This document shows, one piece after another, positions 1 through 9,522 of a stretch of 64,000 nucleotides of DNA (the stretch's first letter is position 1; each line of letters opens with the position of its first letter). The notes under the pieces are model-generated. The model was not told the DNA's origin and ran no database searches. It saw only the letters and a list, made by a program, of their open reading frames with translations. The position numbers were made by a program, and so were the translations under genes. This stretch comes from an uncultured Nitrososphaerota archaeon (GTDB taxonomy: Archaea > Thermoproteota > Nitrososphaeria > Conexivisphaerales > DTJL01), in contig CAWJIE010000005.1 of assembly GCA_963842885.1 (NCBI GenBank), positions 96,001-160,000 on the forward strand, given 5' to 3'.

Positions 1-126
1 AAGGCGAACGACGATTGCGGCCGGGACAATAAGGACGCACGCCGCAATGGCAAGGGCGACCAGAGCGCGAATGCTCTTCCTTCTCGAACTGGTCGCCGGT
101 CGGCTACCAGACGTGGCTAACTTCAA
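1..126 (-). CDS. Partial ORF running off the window edge; basic N-terminus followed by a hydrophobic signal/TM segment
   Basis: Manual translation from TTG at 126: MKLATSGSRPATSSRRKSIRALVALAIAACVLIVPAAIVVRL...; lies downstream of and co-oriented with the ArsR gene. Confidence 0.3.
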   Translation of the reverse strand, partial: MKLATSGSRPATSSRRKSIRALVALAIAACVLIVPAAIVVRL

Positions 127-201
127 ACCCCCTGGAGGCAAAAGAAGGCCACCAAAGGCCTCGCTCAGGGAAACCTGTTACGACCATCATGTCCAGCGGC
201 A

Positions 202-654
202 TCAACCTGTTCTCTGGGCCTGGAGGTCTGGGCTCCGTCCGTTGACACGCGACGGTGCACTGCCGAGAAGCTTGCCCACGCTGGCCTCGGACGCCTTGTA
301 GAAGGCCCATTTCCCGCGCTTCGTCTTGGTTATCAAGCCAGCCCTCTCAAGGATGGAAAGATGATGGGAGGCCGTCGGCTGGGTCAGACCCAGAGCCACA
401 ATGATCTCGCACTCACACATCTCCCTCGTCAGGAGCAGGTACACCATCTTGAGGCGCAACTCCTCCGACAGGGCGTTGAACACTTCGGCTCTGTGCTTCA
501 GGTCCACCTCGCCCGAGGCGCGAGAAGCCAGGTCTGTTAGCTCAGTCCGATACTTCCTGGAGTTCACCGCTTCACATCTACCGGACTGGACCAGCCGGGC
601 GAGGCTCGATTCAACGCCAGGACTCGCCCGCACCTGTGAGGATTGCCGCTTCAC
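202..654 (-). CDS. ArsR/SmtB family transcriptional regulator
   Basis: VFNALSEELRLKMVYLL..EMCECEI..LTQPTASHHLSILERAGLI..KRGKWAFY is an ArsR wHTH; start uncertain (GTG at 654 chosen; the ORF extends to 768). Confidence 0.85.
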   Translation of the reverse strand: MKRQSSQVRASPGVESSLARLVQSGRCEAVNSRKYRTELTDLASRASGEVDLKHRAEVFNALSEELRLKMVYLLLTREMCECEIIVALGLTQPTASHHLSILERAGLITKTKRGKWAFYKASEASVGKLLGSAPSRVNGRSPDLQAQRTG

Positions 655-951
655 ACCAGTGAAGATTGTCGTAACCAGAAATTTAAATATTCTGATATGA
701 TTCCCTGTCCCGTCTTGCGCGTCGCAGCCGCTCCCGCGAATCCATCTGCTGGTGGCCCCGAAAAACATTCAGGTGGCGGAAGGATGGGTCGACTTTCTGC
801 GCGGCTCTCGTCATTCCGTATTGGAGGACATGAAGATCAGCTGGCCTGCCGGTGGGTTCTGCCACGTATTCATCATCGACCCGACCGGCATGGCATCATC
901 CGTCCTCTGCCGGCTGGTTCGAGGGATTGTTAGTGGTATGATGTGTAGGTC

Positions 952-2355
952 ATGTCTGTCTTGCCGGGGAGGGGTGGCGTGAAGTCCCGCTTGTCCCATC
1001 TGCTGTCGTCCTCCGACGTCGAAGGCGAAACTCAAGATGACCCCAATCCCTTCATGCACCTCAAGCCGTTGGTGCTCCTGACAGTCCTATGGGAGTTCCT
1101 GCTGGTCCTTGCGGCTTCACTCTTCTCGCCACCGATGGGGGAGATTGCAAGCGCCTTCGGCGTTTCCACATCCCTGATGGTCAACTTTCCAATCCTGGAC
1201 AGCCTCTTCTTCCATTCTCTCGCTATGCCCCTAGCGGCCGTCCTTATGCTTGTCACGCTGGGCGCCTTCGGGATACATGGGAGGATAAGGAGCTTCGTCA
1301 TGTACGCCGGCACATTCGGCTGCATCCTGACATCTGGATCGATGGCCTACATCCTGCTGTCGGGCGGAGATACACTGTCATACCTCCTCATGTACGCGGG
1401 GATGGCCCTCGGTGCTGGCGCAGCAGTGTCCCTCCTGTTGGCCCTGTGGCCTCATCGCGCTCCCGACGTTCCGATGAAGCTGGCGGGGCGGAGCCTGGCC
1501 GGATTGACAATGTGGGTCACCGTCGCAGCAGCCTTGGTCGCCGTCACCCTGGGCTCCTACGCCGCTTTGGGGAATGCACAATGGAATCCATCGACTACCA
1601 TCGGACTGATGCCCGGGCTACAAGCGGCACATGAGAACCTGGTGATAACCGTCGTCGGGGCGGCCATCGTCGTGCTGGCGGCCAAATGGTTCAAGGCTGA
1701 GGAGTACACCGGGACTCCAGGCCTGTTCGCAAAGGTGGGTCTCTACGGCACGTTGGTCGGGATCCCCATTGTGGTCGCCTCCATGCTGGTCGCCGCCCCC
1801 ACGGCCACCGGCCCCACAGGCGATCTGACGATATTTTCAGGCATCCTTCTCCAAGCTTCCCTTTTCATCATGTTCGCCGTGATGTATGAAGAGGCCCGGC
1901 GCCTCCATGTCAGGGGGCCTCTGGGCGTCCTCCGTGAATCACTCACCTTCGGCATGCTCTTCGTCCTCTTCTGGGTGAACATCGCCGTCACCCTCCCCGG
2001 CATCTATGTGGCGGTGAACCTCGCGCGTTTCAACGGCCAGGTCTTGGGCGGCTACTATCAACAGGTGTTCGCGATAGGCCATGAACATGCCCTGGTCACG
2101 CTCATGGCCATCTCCCTGATGATGCTGGTGGCTTTGATGTTCGGAGTGAAGGGAGTCGTTGGGGCCCTAGCTGGCGTGACCATGACCGTGGGCTACGTCG
2201 TATGCACTACGGCGAACGTGTTCTACATCTTCTTCCTCATGCCCAACGGCCCGACCTTTATATCCTACATGAGCGACGGCATCGCGCTCATGTTCGTCGG
2301 CGTCCTGCTGGCCTTGATGGGCATCACCATTTCGCGACGTCCGCCGGCAGGATAA
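952..2355 (+). CDS. Polytopic membrane protein (~12 TM) with intramembrane His motifs
   Basis: 467 aa with many hydrophobic helices; motifs FFHSLAMP, AAHENLV and GHEHALV. Confidence 0.75.
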   Translation: MSVLPGRGGVKSRLSHLLSSSDVEGETQDDPNPFMHLKPLVLLTVLWEFLLVLAASLFSPPMGEIASAFGVSTSLMVNFPILDSLFFHSLAMPLAAVLMLVTLGAFGIHGRIRSFVMYAGTFGCILTSGSMAYILLSGGDTLSYLLMYAGMALGAGAAVSLLLALWPHRAPDVPMKLAGRSLAGLTMWVTVAAALVAVTLGSYAALGNAQWNPSTTIGLMPGLQAAHENLVITVVGAAIVVLAAKWFKAEEYTGTPGLFAKVGLYGTLVGIPIVVASMLVAAPTATGPTGDLTIFSGILLQASLFIMFAVMYEEARRLHVRGPLGVLRESLTFGMLFVLFWVNIAVTLPGIYVAVNLARFNGQVLGGYYQQVFAIGHEHALVTLMAISLMMLVALMFGVKGVVGALAGVTMTVGYVVCTTANVFYIFFLMPNGPTFISYMSDGIALMFVGVLLALMGITISRRPPAG

Positions 2356-2780
2356 GAACCAAGTCCGACGCCGATTGAGGACTTGGCCGTTGGGAGCGGT
2401 GGGGCCTCTACCCCCTTGCCCATGATACTCTTGGATATCCATTGCTGCTGAAGAAGACATCAATAACATCAACCTGACCGACGATGACGGCTTTCGCTTA
2501 ATGCCTGTTGTCTCCACAAACTCACTGGGGAAGAGCCCCTTGCGGCTCTAAGGCTTGGAGGCGAGGTGTTCATACCGAACCGGGTTCAAGCCCCGTTTGT
2601 CTGACCTGGAGTGATTCGTGGTCTCTGGTTAATCATAGCCACCAGGAATCGGATTCCCGCAAACTAACTGGGAGGGCACGTTGAAGGGTTCGCAAGACTC
2701 ATCTGCGGTTGCTGAAGACCATGAAACAAGCTTCGATTGATAGCACAAGAGAAGCATAGTACGGTTTAACCAAAGTGAGA

Positions 2781-2800
2781 TAGCCCGGGAAGGAATCGAA
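2781..2800 (-). repeat. att-like copy of the tRNA-Gln 3' end
   Basis: tagcccgggaaggaatcgaa matches 15821-15840 (tagcccgggaaggattcgaa) at 19/20, same orientation. Confidence 0.8.
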
Positions 2801-3080
2801 ACAAGAAGCTCGATTATGCTGTGTCTATCCCGACGTCCAGTGAGTATCAACAGGCAGTGGACTGAACTATCTGGGTAGAGAGGCTTGCCTTGCTCGGTCG
2901 TGCAGCGTCGCGGCTATGGGCAACAGAAGCGCGAACGCCCCCCCGCCATGAAGAAGACACTCCTGATGCCCACCACCTGCGTTAGGAACCCGCGAAGCCG
3001 TCTAACGTCCTGGTTCTGACCAAATTCCCCGTCGAAGCGGAGAAACAGTCAAAGGTGGCTGTGGCGTAGGCAAAGGCATC

Positions 3081-3494
3081 GTGAGGACCGTGGAAGCGAC
3101 GGTGAAAGACGGCAAAAGGAAGGCGGAAGAGGAGCTTTACAGGCTTCAGGCTGAGTTCTGCAAGGGGATGGCACACCCGAAGAGGGTTCTGATCCTCGAC
3201 ATGTTGAAGGAAGGTGAGAGGACCGTGAACGAGTTGGCCGAGATGACGAATATCCCTCAGGCCAACCTGTCACAGCACCTGAGCCTCCTGCGACGGCTGG
3301 GCCTGCTGGAGACGCGCAGAAGCGGGGTGAACATCTATTACAGCATCGCCGACAAGAGGATCGTTGAGGCCTGCTCGCTCGTCCGGGAGGCCATAGGCGA
3401 GAGGCTGCGCAAGGACAGGCGGATGCTTGAGGCCACCAGCTTGGGCGTCAAAGGTCGAAGTGAGAGAGCTGCTCACTCTGAGAAGCGTTCGTGA
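3081..3494 (+). CDS. ArsR family transcriptional regulator (BigR/SqrR/HlyU-like)
   Basis: AEFCKGMAHPKRVLILDMLKEGERTVNELA..QANLSQHLSLLRRLGLLETRRSG..YYSI..VEAC. Confidence 0.85.
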   Translation: MRTVEATVKDGKRKAEEELYRLQAEFCKGMAHPKRVLILDMLKEGERTVNELAEMTNIPQANLSQHLSLLRRLGLLETRRSGVNIYYSIADKRIVEACSLVREAIGERLRKDRRMLEATSLGVKGRSERAAHSEKRS

Positions 3495-3832
3495 TAGTGC
3501 TCCGCAGGCATCAGCGAACCGAAGGCCCTCTGCACCACTTCGCTCAGCGACGGGTGTATGTGCATGGCGTCGTTTATCGGTTCGAAGCCGCCGTCGCCCG
3601 TGTTCATCGCGGAGCCCGTGCCGATGACGACAAGGTCATACTGTTTCATCTCAGACTAGGAACCTTGCAAGCTATCAGAAAAGGTTTGTCGGGGAGATCC
3701 GAAGTGTCGTGGAGGCCACCTTCAGCTCACAAGTGGGACTTGACAAATCTAGAATTCAAAGGTCTGACAGTCGCTTGGCATTATTGATCTTTGGCCCCGC
3801 CCCGACGAGCGAAATGCCAGCCGGCAGTCCTA

Positions 3833-5263
3833 TCACTTGGGACCGACGATGATGGGGGTAGGCTTCCTCCTCTTTAGGACGAAGAACGCCGCGCCCGCCA
3901 CGGCAACCACGGCGACGACGACAGCACCGCCTACCAAGGCAGTAGTCGAAGAGGAGGGAGGAGGCACGAAGGTCACCTGGACGGACTCGCTGCTGATACT
4001 GCCAGAGGTGGCGGAAACGCTCACGGTCGTGGACGAGGTGATCGACCCAGAGAGGGTCAGGGTGGATGTGGCCTGGCCGTTGGAGGCCGTCGTGACCGTT
4101 GATGGTGACAGGACGCCAGGGCCAGATGCCGTGAGGGTGATGTTGACGCCGGCCATGGGGGTGCCGTTCTGGTCAAGGGCCGTCACCGTTACGGTGGAGC
4201 CCGATGACGAAGAAGTGCGAGTCACAGTCGTAGGGCTGGCGGAGACCTTTAGAGAGGCAAGCGCCGGCGGAGGAGGCCCTGTCGATATGACAGACACGGT
4301 GCCCGAATAATAGTTGGCGACGTAGAGGCAGCCGTTGGCGGGGTCGTAGGCTATCCCATACGGCTCAACGCCCACGGTTATCGCGCCCCCCATTACCGCG
4401 TTCGTGGTCCCGTTGATGACCGACACGGTGCTTGAACCAAGGTTGATGACGTAGAGGTAACCGTTTGCGAGGTCGTAGGCTATGCCAATCGGCCCAGAGC
4501 CCACCGTTATGGGGCTCCCCACCACCGCGTTCGTGGTCCCGTTGATGACCGACACGGTGTTTGGACCGAAGTTGGCGACGTAGAGGTAACCGTTGGCGGG
4601 GTCGTAGGCTATAGCAGCCGGATAGGTGCTCACTGTTATGGCTCCCGCCACGGAGTTTGTGGCTCCATCGATGAATGACACGGTGCCTGAGCCCACGTTG
4701 GCGACATAGAGGTAGCCGTTGGAGGGGTCGAAGGCTATTCCAACCGGATAAGTGCCCACCGCTATGGTGTCCACACCCGTGTTCGTGGCCCCGTCGATGA
4801 CCGACGTTGTGTTTGAACCATAGTTGGTGACGTAGAGGTAGCCGTTGGCGGGGTCGTAGGCTATCCCAGCCGGCGCAACGCCCACCGTTATCGCGCCCCC
4901 CACTACCGCGTTCGTGGAGCCGTCGATGACCGAAGTTGTGTTCGAACCGAAGTTGGCGACATAGAGGTAGCCGTTGGAGGGGTCGAAGGCTATCCCAATC
5001 GGCTCAACACCCACCGTTATGGGGCTCCCCACCACCGCGTTCGTGGTCCCGTTGACGACAGACACGGTGCCTGAACCAAAGTTGGTGACGTAGAGGTAGC
5101 CGTTGGCGGGGTCGTAGGCTACATCATGCGGTTGAGTGCCAACAGTTATGGTGCCCACTAAGGCGCCCACTGCTCCCCCCGCCCATGCCGGACTTGAGAC
5201 AATAGAACAAGCGGCGATTACGAAAGCCGCAATGACGAGTGCCGCCATCACTTGCTGGTTCAT
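3833..5263 (-). CDS. Surface-anchored YVTN/YncE beta-propeller protein with Big-1-like Ig domain and C-terminal TM anchor
   Basis: Signal peptide, seven P.GIA(Y/F)DP.NGYLYV.N.GS.TVSVI repeats, a Ser/Thr-rich Ig-like domain, then a TM helix followed by KRRK. Confidence 0.9.
   Translation of the reverse strand: MNQQVMAALVIAAFVIAACSIVSSPAWAGGAVGALVGTITVGTQPHDVAYDPANGYLYVTNFGSGTVSVVNGTTNAVVGSPITVGVEPIGIAFDPSNGYLYVANFGSNTTSVIDGSTNAVVGGAITVGVAPAGIAYDPANGYLYVTNYGSNTTSVIDGATNTGVDTIAVGTYPVGIAFDPSNGYLYVANVGSGTVSFIDGATNSVAGAITVSTYPAAIAYDPANGYLYVANFGPNTVSVINGTTNAVVGSPITVGSGPIGIAYDLANGYLYVINLGSSTVSVINGTTNAVMGGAITVGVEPYGIAYDPANGCLYVANYYSGTVSVISTGPPPPALASLKVSASPTTVTRTSSSSGSTVTVTALDQNGTPMAGVNITLTASGPGVLSPSTVTTASNGQATSTLTLSGSITSSTTVSVSATSGSISSESVQVTFVPPPSSSTTALVGGAVVVAVVAVAGAAFFVLKRRKPTPIIVGPK
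4285..5150 (-). repeat. Intragenic tandem repeats (~126-129 bp) encoding the propeller blades
   Basis: Near-identical DNA blocks such as gtagaggtagccgttggcggggtcgtaggcta recur with ~43-aa periodicity. Confidence 0.9.
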
Positions 5264-5544
5264 AGATACCGCAGCCAAGACTGCCACATTGGCTGAAGTG
5301 ATAAGGATTTGCTCTCTGAATCGTTCTCTCTGGCCGGGATAGGAACTCACAATGGTATGCTCAAACCGGACTCGGCTGACGTCCAAGTCTGCGTTCGATG
5401 AGCCTGTCATCTAGGGGCCTGCCGCTTCGGCTCTGGTTGATGGGGCTTCCCAATAGTGCAGTTGCGTCGAGCCGCGTCGGTGAGGACCCGGCAGCCCTCC
5501 TTCTCTCCGCCACCGTTAATAGCTCCCTCCGGTCATGAAGGGTT

Positions 5545-6258
5545 GTGACCAAGCAGTCGGAGAGGAAGATCGTCGTAGCAAGGAACGGCCCCTTCACAGT
5601 CTCAGGGAACGTCCCGCTCGCCATATGGAGCATTATCCCCGGCAGGGACGGGATTTCGTGGGAATGGAAGGAGGGGAGGTCGTTTGACACCGAAGAGGAG
5701 TACGACCTCTGCCGGTGCGGCGGCTCGAAGGAGAAGCCCTTCTGCGACGGCACCCACGCCAAGATCAAGTTCAACGGGAAGGAGACGGCCAGCCGGCTCC
5801 CCTTCGCCGACCAGGCGAGAATCTTCGACGGGCCGACACTGACCCTGAGCGACGCGGAGGAGCTCTGCGCCCTAGCCCGCTTCTGCGACGCGAAAGGGGG
5901 GATCTGGAGGCTGACCAAAAAGACCGACGACCCGAAGGCCCGCGACCTCGTCATCCGCGAGGCGAACTACTGCCCGGCGGGCCGGCTGGTCGTGCAAGAC
6001 AGGAAGACCGGGAAGGAGATCGAGGAGGCGCTCCCTCCCTCCATTGGCGTGATCGAGGACCCGGGGCTCAGCTTCAGCGGCCCCCTGTGGGTACGCGGCG
6101 GGATAAGGATCGAGTCCGATGATGGAAAGCCCTACGAGGTGCGGAACCGGGTGACGCTCTGCCGCTGCGGGGCCTCCATGAACAAGCCCCTTTGCGACCG
6201 CGCCCACGTGGACATCGAGTTCCGGGACGGGCTCGTCGAATTCGAGGAAACTAAGTAG
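5545..6258 (+). CDS. CDGSH iron-sulfur domain protein (two CDGSH-type domains flanking a divergent 4Fe-4S domain)
   Basis: LCRCGGSKEKPFCDGTH and LCRCGASMNKPLCDRAH; central LCALARFC...CPAGRL. Confidence 0.9.
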   Translation: MTKQSERKIVVARNGPFTVSGNVPLAIWSIIPGRDGISWEWKEGRSFDTEEEYDLCRCGGSKEKPFCDGTHAKIKFNGKETASRLPFADQARIFDGPTLTLSDAEELCALARFCDAKGGIWRLTKKTDDPKARDLVIREANYCPAGRLVVQDRKTGKEIEEALPPSIGVIEDPGLSFSGPLWVRGGIRIESDDGKPYEVRNRVTLCRCGASMNKPLCDRAHVDIEFRDGLVEFEETK

Positions 6259-6334
6259 GATGAAAAAAGAAGGGCGTCCCCTCCACTTCCTCCTGTCCAG
6301 ATTTGGGCCCGGCCGACGCGAGATGAAGCATTCG

Positions 6335-6359
6335 TAGCCTCGGCAGGATTCGAACCCTC
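6335..6359 (-). repeat. Degenerate att-like copy of the tRNA-Gln 3' end
   Basis: tagcctcggcaggattcgaaccctc versus the tRNA tagcccgggaaggattcgaaccctc; the T-arm portion is identical. Confidence 0.7.
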
Positions 6360-6707
6360 CGTTTTGCTTGATATCGCGACCAAAATCGGGGTTCACCGAA
6401 GCCCGTAGGCTCCCCACAGGGTGCTGTCTTGCAACCCAAGTTCCGCGCTGGACTCAAGATCGGTGCACCGAGCATGCCGAGCTCGTCTCCGATGCAGTTC
6501 TGCAGAAATGCATTACTGCAGACAAGACGTCCTGAGCAGGCTTCTCCAGTCGGTGGCACCATGGGTCTTCAGGGTGCGAATGTACCTTGATCGTCTTATG
6601 ACACCTGCCATAACAGCCTCAGGATGCGAGTATTAATCCGAAGCATCTCGTCCGACTTCAAACCCCCCGCACCACGACTCAACCGTACGATTCAAGACAA
6701 GAAGTGC

Positions 6708-7787
6708 TTACTCCGCAGATCGGAACAGGACGATCTCATGTAGGGCTGTTCCCTTTTCCTTGTTGGTAATCCCGTTGCGAGTCACGCCTATCTCGAAATC
6801 TGATTCGAGCCTGAAATATCCCGGTCGTAGACGCAACAAATGTTTTGCGATGAGCCTGAGCGGCATACTGAAGTTCTCAAGCATATCCTGACCCTCAAGG
6901 ACCTTTCTCACATCGAGGCCTATCTCAAGCTCGTTCGGGACCGAGATTGTGATCCTCCTAGGATAGCTGTGCTTGGCCTTCTGGTTATACTCAAAGTTCT
7001 CCTTTCCGAATTCGAACTCCCCTGTGCTGAGCATTACCTCTCTCCCGTCGGCCATCATCAAGACCTTGACCGCATGGTTACCCACCTTGTCATTGCACTG
7101 AATGAAAGCATAGGATACGGTGTAATGCTGCGAATAGATCCGTCCCCACATCCAATAGTCGATGATGCTCTGGAAGGGGAAATCTAACCAGTTGTGATCG
7201 TGATAGCCGACGCCCTTGACCTGCAAAACACGATCCCCATCGGCGATCGTTCCTTCGACCGAAGCTCTCGCAAAGGGGACCACCCAGGCAAAAGTGCCCA
7301 TCTTCCCGAACTGGGAAACACCAGTTCCAGGTTTCCAGCCGTTCACCTCGGCCTTAAAAATCAGATGGCAACCTAGGTCCTGTTCCTTTATATGGACCTC
7401 GTAGATAGGCAGTTCTCCGGGTGATTGTCTGGCCTTCAGATAGTTCTCTCCGATCTTGACGTCCGCCCCAGCACGGGAAGCGGTGAAGTCCGATTTGCTG
7501 CATGGCACGAACCTTTGGGTCTTCCTACCGTCTGGTCTGAGGAGGACGATCTCGATACCAGGCTTTCCTCCTGCGCCCGGGTTGGGGTTCGCTGCGTAGA
7601 AGAATATCACGATCGTGTGGCCAGTTTCCATATGCGCGTCAAAGTACCACCACTCATACATCCCTTTCTTGTGCATGTCGATATGGATGCCATCTTCTTC
7701 AGGCACGAGCGGTATTACGGTAGCATCACGTCTGCCAGGTCCGGTCCATCCTTCTTTGACCAAAGGTTCATTCATGTTATCAACCAC
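6708..7787 (-). CDS. Lipocalin-like CrtC/AttH/hydratase-fold protein
   Basis: YEWWYFDA at the N-terminus, GVGYHDHNW and YWMWGR are motifs of the CrtC/tocopherol cyclase-like beta-barrel fold. Confidence 0.7.
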   Translation of the reverse strand: MVDNMNEPLVKEGWTGPGRRDATVIPLVPEEDGIHIDMHKKGMYEWWYFDAHMETGHTIVIFFYAANPNPGAGGKPGIEIVLLRPDGRKTQRFVPCSKSDFTASRAGADVKIGENYLKARQSPGELPIYEVHIKEQDLGCHLIFKAEVNGWKPGTGVSQFGKMGTFAWVVPFARASVEGTIADGDRVLQVKGVGYHDHNWLDFPFQSIIDYWMWGRIYSQHYTVSYAFIQCNDKVGNHAVKVLMMADGREVMLSTGEFEFGKENFEYNQKAKHSYPRRITISVPNELEIGLDVRKVLEGQDMLENFSMPLRLIAKHLLRLRPGYFRLESDFEIGVTRNGITNKEKGTALHEIVLFRSAE

Positions 7788-9486
7788 CCTCAGGCTCGGC
7801 GTAGAAGAAGGGATCAGACGCGGTATTCGGATCCAATGCCTTCTTTATCTTGCTCATGTACTTAGGATAGTCATGGCAAGCTGGGCCGAAGCGCTTGTTC
7901 ATTTCACAACCGAACGCAGCGATCGGGATCCCCATAGCCTCCTCGATTGCCGCTTTGCATCCATCCTCGATGATCTCCCCGGAAGCTCTTACCGCCTCGG
8001 GATCTCCAGAGGCATACAGGAAGATACCTTCCATATATCCAAGATGAGAGTTTTCGAACGTGCCACCGCACCCCAGATCACCGCCATCGTCTAGGAAGGT
8101 CCCCTTTTCGATATACTTCTTCTTCGCCCGAGCGACCCATTCCGATTGCGTGATACCCATATCCCAAGTATCGAACGAACCTAACATCGTCGACATCCCC
8201 TGGGAAGGACGGAAGGTCGCCTGTGTGTTGACGGCGTTCCTAATCAACAGCCAGAATAACCGGGAGTCTAGCTGTAACTTCTGACGCTTTCCTAGGGGAA
8301 TGCTGTGGATCACGTCCTGCAGGCGAGGGAAGCGGCGTAGGATTGTGAGCGGGTCTTTGATGTGTTTCAATACAGGCTTCATGATACGGAACATTCGAGG
8401 CGTCATTTTGATGTTCATGGGCACTTTTACGCCGCCCGTCTCCCGCATTATCTGTTTCATCGCGGCCATTTTCCACTTGAATTCGCCATCCGAGTGGCCG
8501 ATCACCGCATTGACCAGCACATGGTGCATTGATTTGTCAAAGAAACCGCTCTCCATCGCAACCTTCAGCTCCTCATTGTTCTCGGTCATTCCGAGAGCGG
8601 ATAAGAACGATGGCGTACGGAAGCAAGCGAAGTCTATCTCAGCCTCTCCGAGCTTGTAGCCGGCATCTGCCATGGCCTTGGCGGAGGGGAAGGCATGCAC
8701 GTTCATCGTCATTCTTTCAGGTAATTTATCAAGAACGTAGACCGGGGATTTTCCTTGGACCTTCCACTGCGCGGGTCCATTCCACTTATAGAGTTTCACC
8801 GCGCACTTTGTGAACACACCGAGTCCTCCGAAGGTCCCTTGAAAACCACGCATGATGCCACGCAGCGAAGGCCCCGGACCGTCGGCTGTGAACCAACCTG
8901 TGCCGACACCGCCGCTGCCAAGGGTCAGGACCTCGCCGTTGGGCAATACCCATTCCACGCCGAGCAGATTACGACCGCTGTAGCTGGTCGCGGGTCCGCT
9001 CGAACCGTATCCCCATGCGGCCGCAGTGGACGCCAGAAGGGAATGATTGGAACCTGCGGAGACCGTGTGGACCGTCAGCCCCAACTTGAAGATCTCTGTC
9101 TGCAGGTCGATGGCGCGGACATAGGGTTCTACGATCGCGACTTGGTTTTTGGCGTCGATGTCAATGATTCTGTTCATACGCTTGAGGTCGAGGATTATCA
9201 CCCGGTCCCTTGAGGCAGCGCAGACTGCGTGGAATCCTGTCGAAAGCGGCTTGGTCATGAGGTGATTCTTGTTGCAGAACCGCATGATCTCTTGGATCTC
9301 CTGTGTGCTCTTGGGCAGCACAACGGCGACTGGACGAGGGAGCCACTTCGACCCATCCTTCACGACGGTCTCCGGATTCATGTAGAGCGAATACGTGTCC
9401 ATCATGCAGGGGGAGGTCGATACCCACTCTTGACCGACAATGTCCTGAAGTCCTTTGGTCTCTTCCTCGGTGATCAATGACAGCAC
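7780..9486 (-). CDS. FAD-binding oxidoreductase, VAO/PCMH (GlcD-like) family
   Basis: PVAVVLPKSTQEIQEIMRFCN, LDLKRMNRII, VEPYV, GVEWVLPNGE, C-terminal KIKKALDP. Confidence 0.85.
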   Translation of the reverse strand: MLSLITEEETKGLQDIVGQEWVSTSPCMMDTYSLYMNPETVVKDGSKWLPRPVAVVLPKSTQEIQEIMRFCNKNHLMTKPLSTGFHAVCAASRDRVIILDLKRMNRIIDIDAKNQVAIVEPYVRAIDLQTEIFKLGLTVHTVSAGSNHSLLASTAAAWGYGSSGPATSYSGRNLLGVEWVLPNGEVLTLGSGGVGTGWFTADGPGPSLRGIMRGFQGTFGGLGVFTKCAVKLYKWNGPAQWKVQGKSPVYVLDKLPERMTMNVHAFPSAKAMADAGYKLGEAEIDFACFRTPSFLSALGMTENNEELKVAMESGFFDKSMHHVLVNAVIGHSDGEFKWKMAAMKQIMRETGGVKVPMNIKMTPRMFRIMKPVLKHIKDPLTILRRFPRLQDVIHSIPLGKRQKLQLDSRLFWLLIRNAVNTQATFRPSQGMSTMLGSFDTWDMGITQSEWVARAKKKYIEKGTFLDDGGDLGCGGTFENSHLGYMEGIFLYASGDPEAVRASGEIIEDGCKAAIEEAMGIPIAAFGCEMNKRFGPACHDYPKYMSKIKKALDPNTASDPFFYAEPEGG

Positions 9487-9522
9487 CTTCCTCCTAGCTC
9501 CAATTTCCGTGGAGAGACCATA

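Noticed and set aside
2980-3008. CGTTAG...CTAACG hairpin as an integron attC
   Set aside because: The core sites are in the wrong order (GTT before AAC), the element is too short, and it is single-copy.
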